DNA of 64,000 nucleotides from contig OX597828.1 of NCBI GenBank assembly GCA_951406725.2, positions 64,170,001 through 64,234,000 of the forward strand, given 5' to 3'. Both the position numbers and the translations under genes were made by a program. The stretch's first letter is position 1. Every line of letters begins with the position of its first letter. This document shows, piece by piece, positions 1 to 12,203 of the stretch. Source of the stretch: Octopus vulgaris. Its lineage: Eukaryota. The notes under the pieces were generated by a model. It was not told the DNA's origin. It was given only the letters and a program-made list of their open reading frames with translations, and did no database searches.

Positions 1-418
1 TGTGTGTGTGTATGGATGGGAGCGAGCATGATATGAAGTGCGTGAAAGACAGACAATTGTCATATTTTAGCTCAGTGATGCGATATGTGAGTGACACACA
101 GAAGAATCTGAGAGTGTTACTTATGCAGCGCACTTAAACTTAAGTGGTTCTCATTTGCCCCGCGTTAAAATCTTTGAGTACATCTTTAAAAAAAGCTCAA
201 AAGATGGTGTGTGTGTGTGTCTGTGTCTGTGTATAATACGTATATACGTTTGTGTAATGTATGAAATCTACCGATTTTTGAAAAATGTACTTTTAACAAC
301 AGAGAACTATCCTTTAAACTCATGTTTGTCTATCTCTGTCTCTGCATCTCTGCCTGTTTGTCTGCCTTTCTGTGTCTATCTATTCATTTCTATGACTGCC
401 TGTCGCTTTCATTCTCTG

Positions 419-467
<49 letters not shown>

Positions 468-759
468 ATTGTTATTATGTAAAAGTGTTATAAGTCCAAA
501 ACATTGCTTTTTAAGAAAACGAAAAAAGTTTCACCATTCTGTAGCAAAACTGTTGTACTACACTTTGAAAATTTTTGATATCTAGATATATGAAGCAGCC
601 GGAGATATGATAGCTTGACCAAAAGAACCGGCTACTGCAAACAAAAATAAATATTGAAAAAATTGCATTTGGCCAAAATTGGACATACGACAGTTTAACA
701 TAATAGCCACAATATCTTAAAGAGGTACTTTCAAAGGTATCCGTACTACACGTCTGTCT

Positions 760-914
760 AAGCGTAGAAGTCGGTGACTGACGCGGTTTACTGGCAGGAA
801 AATTTTCGCGTAAGCGCACGAAGAGTGGGATCACCTTTCATCCGAAGGATTTTTGCCCCATGGAATTTGTTTTAGCGGGAGAAAATAAAGCTGGATACTT
901 CTTAAATGCACCTC

Positions 915-915
<1 letters not shown>
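760..915 (-). mobile_element. mariner-like terminal fragment
   Basis: Ends in ACTTCTTAAATGCACCTCG|TA, which on the minus strand reads TA|CGAGGTGCATTTAAGAAGT, a mariner-type TIR abutting a (TA)n tract. Inner boundary uncertain. Confidence 0.4.
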
Positions 916-954
<39 letters not shown>

Positions 955-1205
955 TTGAATTTCTCCGAAAGTATATTCAATATATCAAACATATCAAAAA
1001 TATATAGATATATAAAAATAGGGTAATCAATACATTAAAAATATACATATAAAAATATATAAATAAATAGATATATATATATATATTAAAAATATATTGA
1101 AAAAATAAATACATATATAGGTCGACTTTCAGATTATAAAACGAAGTCATAAAAAGAGTTAAGCCTATAAGATAAAATGCTTGAGTATTACTAATCCAGT
1201 GAAAA

Positions 1206-1292
1206 CACCTACGGCTGTTTCTGGGGGTTCAGTTGTCCTGCCATATAAAAGATATTTACATCCATAATAGAACTTCGCCGCCTTCATCAGGG
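1206..1292 (-). ncRNA. degenerate type I hammerhead-like motif with long stem II
   Basis: Minus strand: CC-CTGATGA-A-GG...CCCC-A-GAAAC-AGCC-GTA-GG. Core boxes and GUA triplet present; stem I only 2-4 bp. Confidence 0.45.
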
Positions 1293-1790
1293 AAAATAAG
1301 ATTCTAAAAAAAAGCTCACATGTACTACTTTTTATATAAATATCTGTGTATGTGTGTGTGTGTGTATGTGTGTGTGTGTGTTTGTGTATCTGTGTGTGTG
1401 TATGTGTGTGTGTGCGTGTGTAGGGCACTTTAGCATAAGTGATGTAACGGGATACAGATTGCTATACAGCTATCAACAAATGGGATAAATATTTCTTCTA
1501 CGTTTCTAAATTTTGAGGAAATATTACACATTCGTCACGGAGTTGTGGTAAAAGATACACGCCCAAGCTGCCTGTGGTTACAAAGCGGGCTTCTGAACCA
1601 TCTGGTTAGATTATAATTCGGCTTATATTTTACTTGATTACCCTTGGCCCGTTGGGTCACTGGGAAAGTCTGAGTTTCCCAGCAACGGAGTTTTGTCTCG
1701 TGGGTTTTTTTCTTTTCCAGGTTATTTCGCATGCTTTCAACTAATGTGATATCGAAATCACGCGTAAACAGCTTCTTTCCCCAGAAAAGG

Positions 1791-1909
1791 AAAGATTTAG
1801 CTGCTAATTCTTGCACATCCCGCAACCAATTAACAGGTATTTCAGGTCCTCTATCGCAAACAGCGGTTACATGGTAGCAAGGCGTGCTAGAAATAGCAGC
1901 TAAATCTTT
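1791..1909. repeat. ~115-bp hairpin element (copy 1)
   Basis: AAAGATTTAGCTGCTAATTCTTGCAC...GTGCTAGAAATAGCAGCTAAATCTTT inverted arms; homologous in reverse orientation, loop included, to 56548-56660. Confidence 0.75.
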
Positions 1910-1989
1910 GGAGCTGAGATACATCGATTGCACTCGAAAAAATATCTATGGAAAAAAACTTTCACAGCGAGGTTAAGAACAGGTCTTTT

Positions 1990-2270
1990 ACGAAATATTT
2001 ACTGTATTTTTAAAGTCATTTTCACTTCAACATATTTTTTAAATATGCCAAAACAAATTTTTGAAACGGCATTCACTTGAAAATAATAAAAAAAATATTA
2101 AAATGTTGTCTGTTTAAAGAAAGCTAAAATATAAATACTTACTGTACAAACAACTTACATTTTTCGAATCACATTCACTTCTAAATATTTCTGAATGATT
2201 AAAATATTGTGTTTAAGGAAAGCGAAAATAGAAACATTTACTGTAAAAAACAATTCGTATTTTTTCGTTG
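1990..2270. repeat. degenerate ~100-bp tandem repeat
   Basis: Recurring blocks CATTCACTT...TGTTTAA(A/G)GAAAGC.AAAATA.A.A..TTACTGTA at about 100-bp spacing. Confidence 0.5.
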
Positions 2271-2279
2271 TCAAGTCAC

Positions 2280-2554
2280 TCTGTCTAATCGAAAGGTAAG
2301 AGCTTCTTCCCTTTCAGGATCAAGTTATTTTCGGAATATTTTCCCATTATGCATCGTTTTGGGTATTTAAATCCCCAAAACCTCCAATATCTCCAAAACC
2401 ATTGGTCCGATTTACGCGAAACTTGTTTTATTGCGTTCGTATTGACATCAGGGTAAACTTAATTCATAGTATTTTCTCCATTATGCGCCAGTTTGGCTGA
2501 GTAACATTGGAAGCAAACAAGCAAGATTCAAGCTGACGTTTACTGTATTATAGA
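2280..2554 (-). mobile_element. non-autonomous Helitron-like 5' fragment
   Basis: Minus strand begins A|TCTATAATACAGTAAACG, resembling the TC-start termini of the Helitrons at 33534, 42551 and 43481. 3' end not seen. Confidence 0.35.
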
Positions 2555-2829
2555 TACACAGTTTCCAACATTAGCTAATACAGAATTGAGTAGAGTCAAA
2601 TATCGATGTATTGTGTCATCAGATTGTAGAAATGCGGCAGAACATTTTAGCTGAGAAGAGGAAGTAGATTTCGGTCACTATTGCTAATTCGTTGTACAGG
2701 GTGTTGGGCAAGTTATAAGGGTGGCGGCCTGGGGAAAGATAGACATATCAGAAATGATGTTGGGTAAATATTTTCGTAGGTCACTTCGTTAAGGTAGTAA
2801 ATTTCAAGCGGGAAGAATGTTGTTACGCA

Positions 2830-2881
<52 letters not shown>

Positions 2882-3339
2882 GGCGTGAGTTTATGCATGT
2901 ATGCGTTCGTGTTTTTAAGTGATTACGGGATTCCTGATATATAAACGCGCCGAGTGTATATGAATGTCTTCTACCGACCGCATTATATTCTCGTAAATAT
3001 AACTGAGAGTATATCAGTCGGCGCATGGACGTGATTATGTACATGTATACACTCCCACCGGTATGTATGTATACACACAATTATATAAGTGAATATGTAT
3101 ATAAATACACACACGCACACATGGATGTGTGTGTGTGTGTGCGTGTGTCTATATATATGTGTGTGTGTGTGTGTGTGAGTGCATATTTTAAGTTGCATTT
3201 CATAGATTACTTACTCCATATCTAAATGTCAAATGGTATCAGCACCAAAATGTTTGGCTTTGAGTTTCAATAAAAACAACAACAGCAACAACATTATCAA
3301 AGAAAGCAACAAAGAAAATAGAACCATCTTCATCATCAT

Positions 3340-3340
3340 C

Positions 3341-3386
<46 letters not shown>

Positions 3387-3693
3387 GTAATTGCAACAGC
3401 GGCTGCTGCCCTGGCAATCGGAGTCAGACACTCGGCGAAACTGCAAGTACCATTATAGTCATCGTCATCAACATCATCACCATCAGTACAATCACCTTGA
3501 GCATTATCATTTCATTTTATATTTTCTGCTCCTCCGCCTCCATTTCACCACTGTCATTATCATCACCATATTCATCATCATCGTCGTCATCGCCATCATC
3601 ATCATCATCATCATCATATACATCATCATCATCATTCTCATCATCATTATCATCACCATCACCATCACCATCCTCATCATACTCATCATCATT

Positions 3694-3724
<31 letters not shown>

Positions 3725-3815
3725 CCATCATCATCATCATTCTAATCATCATCGTCATCACCATTGCCGTTGTTGTCCCCACCACCGCCACCACCGCAAC
3801 TACCATCATCACCCT
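3340..3815. repeat. (AAC)n and degenerate (ATC)n/(ACC)n microsatellite block
   Basis: Direct inspection; source of the poly-N/S/I/M ORFs. Confidence 0.95.
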
Positions 3816-3886
3816 CAGCAACTAATCTGCAACATCGCTATGTGCACGTACTGCAATTATCAGTCAGTGCCAGTTGACATCAGAGA

Positions 3887-3907
3887 TGACGTCAGCAGGT
3901 GGCGCTG
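3887..3907 (+). promoter_or_regulatory. overlapping CRE (TGACGTCA), E-box (CAGGTG) and CTCF-like core
   Basis: TGACGTCAGCAGGTGGCGCTG; motif match only. Confidence 0.4.
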
Positions 3908-5732
3908 GAAGAATTCTTCCTTCCTCATCGGGGAATGCTGCCCCACTCCACACATCCACACACCCACACACCCACCATCTGGATAAGCATTATCTTAGAT
4001 GACTGTCTCGTTGTTGTTGTTGTTGTTGTTGAGGTTTTTATCGAAGGAGTGGTTGTTGTTTAGCCCCAGGCCTTCGATTTCCGGATTCATGGGATCTGTG
4101 ATCAAATACTTCTCAACTGCCGTTGCATCGTCTTATTTGAGTGTGTGTGCGCGTGCACATATATATACAAACATGCATAGAAATATATACGCACAATTAC
4201 ATACATGATGGCTGCAAATTGATTTCAAGCGATGCCATCCTTTGAGTGTTCTCTTAAAGCAGCATAGAGATTGCCTTTCAGTCCTGCTAGGGACTTAGTC
4301 TTTCGCATAGATTTGGCAATGATGGGGGCCTCTTGCAGCAGGTGTTCAGAGAGTTAATGCTCATGCTGACACATGCCTTCGTTCCGTCATGGAATTTTCT
4401 ACGGTCAGCCATAATAGTGATGTTAGATATCAAGTGGTGTCTGTTTCTGAGTTTTGTGAAGTGGGGACAGGCCTTGCCTCTCTAAACAACGTATGCATTT
4501 GCTCAAAAAGAAGAACTAGTCTACATCGTTGAATGCGAATGAAGTCGCAGGCATTCAGAAACAGTTTTCTTTCTCCAAGGAAGATGTTCAACGAAGACAA
4601 CGTGTGTCTCACTCCTAGCTGTTGGATGGCAATTGACTCTACTGAAGTCACCTGTCCTTTGACAGGGTTTGTTTTCGTCCTGTAGGCTTTGTAGAGTTAC
4701 CGGTTTGGTCGCCGACACCTCAGCCATACGGCAGGTTGTGCATCTTCGCCACACAGTCTGCACCAAGGAAATATATATTTCAGTTTGTTCTTCGTTTGGA
4801 AGAGTTGATGGCGATATTTAAGAGGAATTTTGCTGCTGTTTCTTGCAGATCGAGTAGCTACGTAATAGTTTTCCTTGTTGGCTTATAATTGTTTAATGCT
4901 GGCTTTTTGCTGTTTTGTTTTAATGTTTTGGGGAAAGACAGTGCCAAAAATGCCTTCACGGGGCTTTTGATATGGGTAGGAGGAAGAGAGAAGATATCCT
5001 TCGACCGAATGCTTGCAACAGAATGGTTTCCACTTATGGCAGCCAAAGTGCTAGTTGGTAGTATTAACGAGGGTGGGATTTGAACTCATAATGCAAAGAG
5101 CGGGAACAAATTTCACTAAGTACCCGCTTCAATGTTCTCACAATCGCATCACTCAACCATTCTGGATAGATACGACTTTTTTCAGGATGAAAAGTAAAGT
5201 TGACTTCGGTGGAATTTGAACCGAGAACCTGGAACCATGTGGTTGGGAAGCAAGCTTCTTACCACACACCCTGCATATATACATACATACCCTGCATATA
5301 TACATATATATATATATATATAAAACAATACTGGGAGGATAAGAAATGGAACGAAGCGACGAATCGAAACGAACCCGACGCTGTCAGACAATAGTGTAAA
5401 AAATAAAATATATGCATACATACAAACATATATGTACGTACCTACATCTACATGTATATATACATGCATATATAAATATATATACGTGAGTACAGGACAC
5501 CACAACTAGGCGTAGAACTCAACGAGAAACGAAAACGGAAAAGCCATTTTTTTACAACAGAAAAACAGAGTACAGGACATGCTACACAAGGAAAAATCCC
5601 CAATCATCAGCTGTCACTAGTAGACTCAAGCGTGTTTCGAAGGCAAGACAGGATACGACTCGTCAAAACTAGGCCTTCCTGCGAGAGAATTAAAATAAAA
5701 TTACAGATATATATATACAGTGTACATTTAAA

Positions 5733-6181
5733 CAGTGGCCTAGCGTGTAGAAAAATTAGTCAATAGACTATATATTATTCATATAAATACAGTGTACATT
5801 TAAGCACTTAAGAGGTATCCGTCATAGGATTCCATGTGCGGTAGATTTGAAAAATTCTAATGTATAAGCAAGAGGCACATGCTGGATTTGCCCCGTACTT
5901 ATATGTTTAATCTAGGCGTACCTGTTGATGAAGACTTCGCCTAGCAAATTATTTTATTTGCTAAATTAATTCAGAAACCATGATCCAGGAGATAGATGAT
6001 AAATGTTTTTATTTTTCATTCCCTTCGAGGTTTTATCCCTAATAGTGATTTGGACTTTGGCTGTTCCTTCTAGCGTGCAAGGAATCTCATGACGGATACC
6101 TCTTATGTGTTTAAATGTACACTGTATTTATATGAATAATATATAGTCTATTAACTAATTTTTTTACACGCTAGGCCACTG
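5733..6181. mobile_element. 101-bp inverted repeat enclosing a hammerhead-like motif; probable PLE pseudo-LTR-derived unit
   Basis: Arms 5733-5833 and 6081-6181 are near reverse complements; TA-rich tracts on both sides. Confidence 0.75.
5921..5989 (+). ncRNA. type I hammerhead-like motif
   Basis: CCTG-TTGATGA-[stem II region containing TAGCAAAT/ATTTGCTA]-GAAAC-CATG-ATC-CAGG. Stem I CCTG/CAGG; C3U variant; stem III is one substitution from the palindrome ACCATGGT. Confidence 0.55.
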
Positions 6182-6222
6182 GTAGTAAATATTTCTAAAA
6201 TCTTTATTACCCTCTGATATTA

Positions 6223-6266
<44 letters not shown>

Positions 6267-6434
6267 TAAGTACACATTCAGAATTCTAAAGATATTATTT
6301 ATGGATTTATAAACAAAAATATGCATGCAAGAGTCATGCTTTTTATGTGAGACACAATGGCGTGTGAAATATTCCTTCCATTTGAAGTTCGTTAACGAGT
6401 TTCATTAAATCATTTTAAAGATTAGAGATGTAAC

Positions 6435-6600
6435 TGAGATCCTGGGCGTACCTACAGACAGCATGCTGCTGTGGGCAGACCACATTTCTATTGTATGTGA
6501 AAAGGCGTAATACGTTATTTGCAATTGGTGCCAAGTTGAACCGTCAAGCAAACAGCGGTCGTCTACAGAGCACAAATCCAAAGCGTTAAAAAGTACGTCT
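6435..6600 (+). pseudogene. old LINE RT C-terminal fragment (CR1/L2-like)
   Basis: Translates EILGVPTDSMLLWADHISIVCEKA, matching the LGV..D..L.W..HI..V..KA post-RT motif. Confidence 0.5.
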
Positions 6601-6659
6601 GCACGTCAGAATGTCTGCAAGTCTAACTCTTCAACTAAGTATGGCTGTGTGGTTAAGAA

Positions 6660-7190
6660 TATAGTTGAAGGGTAATTATTTGTTAAAGAATGGAAAGCTC
6701 GATGTCTCACTGAGGCTCGTAGTATCATCTCTAGTGGGAATCATCAGACCGTGGGATTCTTTAGCTTTCAAACTGAAGTTTTAGAAGTGCAATGGCTCAA
6801 TGCAGTGTGGTTGCTTTTTGGTGAAAGTGGTTTGTTTCAATGTTCGTGTTCTTTTTCTCTTTGTTTGATGCTAGTGTTTTTTATGTTGATTACATTCGGG
6901 AAGTTTGTGTATTCGCGTGGGCAGGTCGACGGAGACTGTAAGGTATAACTGGCTGTTTTTGTGATTAGGTAACATTTTAAAGGTCAACGGGTTTAATTCG
7001 GTAATCTGCGAACGGGTAAAGTGGTTTAGCAATTATAAAATCATAAAGGTTTCTTTGTGAATATGAGGTTCAGTGGGGCATAGAGATTCTTATTTATACT
7101 GTTCGCGGGAGGGGGTTAATGAGGGCGGAATTTTTTCAGATAGAGATAATAACAATGTCCATATATGAGATGTGTTTTGGGGAAATTTAT
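6660..7190 (-). mobile_element. decayed Penelope-like element 3' region (GIY-YIG remnant)
   Basis: Minus strand encodes TSIKQREKEH (GIY-YIG R.KEH motif), followed downstream by CTGATGA at 6742-6748. Confidence 0.4.
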
Positions 7191-7265
7191 GTTTCATGTG
7201 AGATGTGTGGAGTATTGGCGGAGGAGTGATGAGTGAGGTGACTGAGAACGGTTTGTTATTATGCA

Positions 7266-7377
<112 letters not shown>

Positions 7378-7392
7378 GATATATATATATAC

Positions 7393-7454
<62 letters not shown>

Positions 7455-7468
7455 ATTTATGCACACTC

Positions 7469-7519
<51 letters not shown>

Positions 7520-7680
7520 TATCTATACACACACACATGTGTATATACATCGATGAACTTTATATAGGAATGTCAGTATATCACGTATAGATCTAAGGAC
7601 ACATGGTATATTTGCACATCTGTTTATGTGTGTATGTGCTTTTGCCCTTCTCTCTATGTGCGTGCGTGTGTGTCTGTCTG

Positions 7681-7712
<32 letters not shown>

Positions 7713-7799
7713 ACTTTTTATCTACGTATAAACATGTATATATACGTACATAACACATACACACATCTATACATACATGTATATATATACACCTTTCCA

Positions 7800-7830
<31 letters not shown>

Positions 7831-7974
7831 ATATATGTATGGACAAACTCTATACATAAACAAGCATCCTTCTATGTCACTTCAGCTTGTAGTCTACGAC
7901 TCACGTTTATGCACAATGTCCGGTCTAGCGGACAATTTAATCTTAACAAGCTTTATCATTATATTCTAATCTCT

Positions 7975-8033
<59 letters not shown>

Positions 8034-8165
8034 CTTTATGTGTAGATATTCCAGCAGGAACTGACAAGGAAGATAACCTGAATTTAAAGAGTTTCTCCAG
8101 AAATGACATGTCGCTGAGGAGAAAACTGTCTGCTTGTCAGGAGACATGAGGAGTGGAGGTCAGTA

Positions 8166-8210
8166 GATGGTGACCCATGTTTCTGTCGCAATGGGCATCA
8201 TCAGTACAGT
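8166..8210 (-). ncRNA. degenerate hammerhead-like motif
   Basis: Minus: CTGATGA-TGCC-CATTGC-GACA-GAAAC-ATGG-GTC. Core and GUC triplet intact; stem I not paired. Confidence 0.4.
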
Positions 8211-8655
8211 GAGTGTCTTATCTTTCCTCCACGTGGATGTATTCAAAGAACATTTAGAAAAACGTTTGTATTGTAGCAATATTGCTATATTCATTGCTAT
8301 CTTCACTGTTTGAGAAAAACATTAGGAATGATCTCGTTTGAGATTACAAACATCTTTGGCTAGTTTAACCTTTGTTGTGTCCACTGATCTGATTGGTTAG
8401 CATCTAAGCGCGGCCTGTCTCTCTCTACTTATTTCGCGCCAGGGTGTAAAGTGACCAATCACGGCTTTCGGATAGGACCTTTCATTTGAGCCATCTTAAC
8501 TCCATAAATAGGCTGATTATTTGATGATTCACCGTCTTTCAGCTTAAGACCTTTTAAGGTCTTGGTCGGAGACCACACAGAGCTTACTCAACCATGTTCC
8601 AGTTCGAAAGGCAGACGACAGCCAAGCCAACCATACTATGAAGACGCTATTGTAA

Positions 8656-8886
8656 GGCGGCGAGCTGGCAGAATCGTTAGGATGCTGGGCGAAATGCTTA
8701 GCGGTATTTCGTCTGCCGTTACGTTCTGAGTTCAAATTCCGCCGAGGTCGAATTTACCTTTCATCCTTTCGGGGTCGATAAATTAAGTACCAGTTACGCA
8801 CTGGGGTCGATGTAATCGACTTAATACCTATGTCTGTCCTTGCTTGTCCCCTCTATGTTAAGCCCCTTGTGGGTAATAAAGAAATA
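8656..8886 (+). mobile_element. full-length tRNA-derived SINE with Meta/MESC-like central domain
   Basis: A-box-like TGGCAGAATCG, B-box GAGTTCAAATTCC, central CCTTTCATCCTTTCGGGGTCGATAAATTAAGTACCAG; 10-bp TSD GCTATTGTAA at 8646-8655 and 8887-8896. Confidence 0.9.
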
Positions 8887-11045
8887 GCTATTGTAAACCA
8901 GCGACAGACAGAACGTCATCACCAGCATCGTCTCCATCTACGAAGATTTCAACTTGTACACAACAAGATAAATACAGATTCAACTCATGCTGTTAGTGTG
9001 AAAACCTCACCACGGAAAAACAGCTGCAGTATATATATCTGAAAGAATATCTATATCAAGAGAATAATATGCACAACAAGTGATTCAACTAATCTCTGCT
9101 CCGAGACTCAAATCTTCTTATAGAACTCATTATCATGTACTACATGAACTGGTAAAATAACTCTAAAATAATTCCATTTTAACTCAAATTGTTGAGACTT
9201 CTCTTATGCTCTGTTGTATTCGCATGCACCTTATTCTGTACTTCTGTCGCACACACGAACACACAGGCACAAATATTATAAGCATGCATTCATGACACAA
9301 CACTACGCTAATAATCGCAAATCACTTTGTACACTGTGAATAAAATTTATCTTCTCTTTATAAAAGTAGAACGGTTTTTTGCGTCCTTTATTCATTTACT
9401 TTGGCGCTGTATATAAACGTGTATTATGGCTTATAAAATATGTTATGTTGGGATGCGGCCGTGCGCTGTACAAGAGGAGAAATATGTCACCAAACTCCTC
9501 ACGTACGGTCGTATTCTAACAGTATGAAGCATCAAATGAACCCAGATCGCAGCACCCAAAAGAAAAAAAACGCACAGCAGCATAGCCTTCCCAAAATCAC
9601 AGCTTCACCAATGCAAAATCGGAGAGATGGCCACAATAGGACATCTGACTCGCTAGAAGGAGCAGTTAAAATCCAAACCACTTTTAGGGGTAATTTCGAA
9701 AGGGAATGAAAAATAAAAACAATTACTATCTATTTCCTGAAAATGCACACATTTTACATAGTTTTCATATAATTCTTAATATATCTTGTATTATGTTTGT
9801 CGACCGGCTTCGCTTTCGCTATTCATGACATTAAAATTTATTTAAATACGTATTTTCTTAAGAAGAATTTTTTTGTCCATGTTGTGTGTGGAGTTTTTGA
9901 ATGAACGATTCAACAGTTAGAAACATCTAAGGGAGGTAACTACCGGCTATCGTTATTGTGTCCACAATAATAATGATAACCAAAGTTGTCAGAGAGCTTG
10001 AGAGATAAAGATATGGAGCAAGCAAGTGAACCAGAGAGAGGGGGAGAGAGAGAAACAGAGAGAGAGAGTAAATGAACGAAAGAGAGAAAAACAGTGTTGC
10101 TAGGAAGAGAAGAGAATGAACAGGTGAAGGACGAAAGGTATTAAATGAAATATAAGGATGTGATAAAGAAGAGTATTTTGTGAGAAGAGAAAGTTGCTGA
10201 AAAAAGCCTGAAAAGTGAGAAAGATAAGTCAAAGATATAGAAAAAAAATTAATGAAACATGTAAATGGTAAAGAAAATAGAGAGAGGGCGGATAGCGAGA
10301 GAGAGAGAGAGAGGAAGGAAGGAAGAGAGATAGAGTGTGTCGCTAGTAAACTGTAAAAGAAAAGAGGTAGAGTGTAAAACGATAAAGAAACTGATATTGC
10401 ACGGAATAGAATGGCAATATCAGCTATATGCGTAATTGTAATATCTTCGATGAGCAAACAAATTTGATAACCATATTTTGATAAAAACGTATTGTAATTG
10501 GAATTTATACGAATTTTCTAGAGAACGAGGACTTTCAGAATTGCATTCTTTTAGAAAAGTTAGATAATCAAAACTAGTTAAGAAGCAGCATTCAGCATTA
10601 GAGTGTATATATGTGTGTGTATATATGTTTGTACACACACACATACATACAATAATTTCGAACGAAAAGCGAGAAACAGAAAGACAGAAATCGAGGGCGA
10701 GATAAATTAATGCACAACATGGTATACATATACGTGTATATTTATATCCAATATATGTATATTGATATGAATATGTATGTGTGTATTTATGTGTGTGCGT
10801 TTGTGTGTGTGTGTTTGTGTGTGTATGTGTGTGTATCTGTGTGTGTATACGTGCATGTGTGTGTATGCAGGGAGAAAGAAAGGCAGAGAAGTGGGAGTTA
10901 TTGTTAAATATAAACCACGACATATGTGATATATATGTGCTTACGCGTGTGTTTCTAATGGAGAAAACTTATGTTTTTAGAGTACCATAACGCACACACA
11001 CAAGTACATATATGTTACTGATGCTACCGTTATATTGTACGATTA

Positions 11046-11086
<41 letters not shown>

Positions 11087-11453
11087 GCGTGTGTGTGTGT
11101 GTGTAAAAGCACATACATATGAATATATGAATATACATATATTTATGTATTGTATAGCGGTAAAGTGTACAAGCGAACAAACGTACTAATACGCACGCAT
11201 AAGCATTTGCGCCTGCGCAATCACGCGAGTGCGCAGACGATTATATAGATATACATATATGTGCGGGTGTGTATGTGTATATATATGTATACACACCCAT
11301 GTAGATAGATAGATTGATAGCTAGATCTACAGATAGAGAGATGCAAATGTATATGTATATATATTACAATTTGTATGTATTATTTCGCCTTATATATATA
11401 TATATATAGAGTACTCTTTTTTCCACCTTGTTTCACATTTATGTGTTTACTCC

Positions 11454-11501
<48 letters not shown>

Positions 11502-12169
11502 TATACATATATACATACACATATATATTTATTAGTATACATATATACATACACATATATACGTATACACACGCATACAAATATATTCATACATGCATGC
11601 ATATATATACACACAAATACAAGCATACCTACTTACCTACCTACCTACCTACCTACATGCATACACACGTACGCACATACATATATCAATGTAGGTGTCG
11701 CCACATGCTCATTATAAACGTATATATTAGAAGAGTGGCAGGGTATGTAACATACATCAGCTATCCAAACAACGTTAGAATGTTTTATATTCTCGAGGCC
11801 AACCAACAGGCGATACGGCTGGTAGGAAGAGCACACTCCATCAGCAGGCAAACACATACCAATGAAATATATATACAAACATGCAGATATCTACACACAT
11901 ATATGCATTCTTGCATTATATACATCGTGTATATGTGTATATGTATGTATTCATGTTTGTGTGTGAATGTGTGTGTGCGTGTGTGTGTGTATGTGAATGA
12001 GCACAAGCATACGTATATATATATATTCAGATAGACACACATAAATACATACACATATGCATATCCATCATTGTGTGTATACACACTCACCTTTACAAAA
12101 CACATATATAATACACAACGCTCACACACATATACAGCATTAACTATGTGTGTGTGTGTGTGTGTGTGG

Positions 12170-12203
<34 letters not shown>

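Noticed and set aside
5590-5690. Minus-strand GAAGGC/GCCTTC stem + GAAA followed by CTGATGA
   Set aside because: Hammerhead boxes are present, but I could not build consistent stems I and III in type I or type II topology; probably a decayed PLE pseudo-LTR.
6690-6752. Minus-strand CTGATGA after the GIY-YIG remnant
   Set aside because: The GAAA box is degenerate (GAGAC) and the stems are incomplete.
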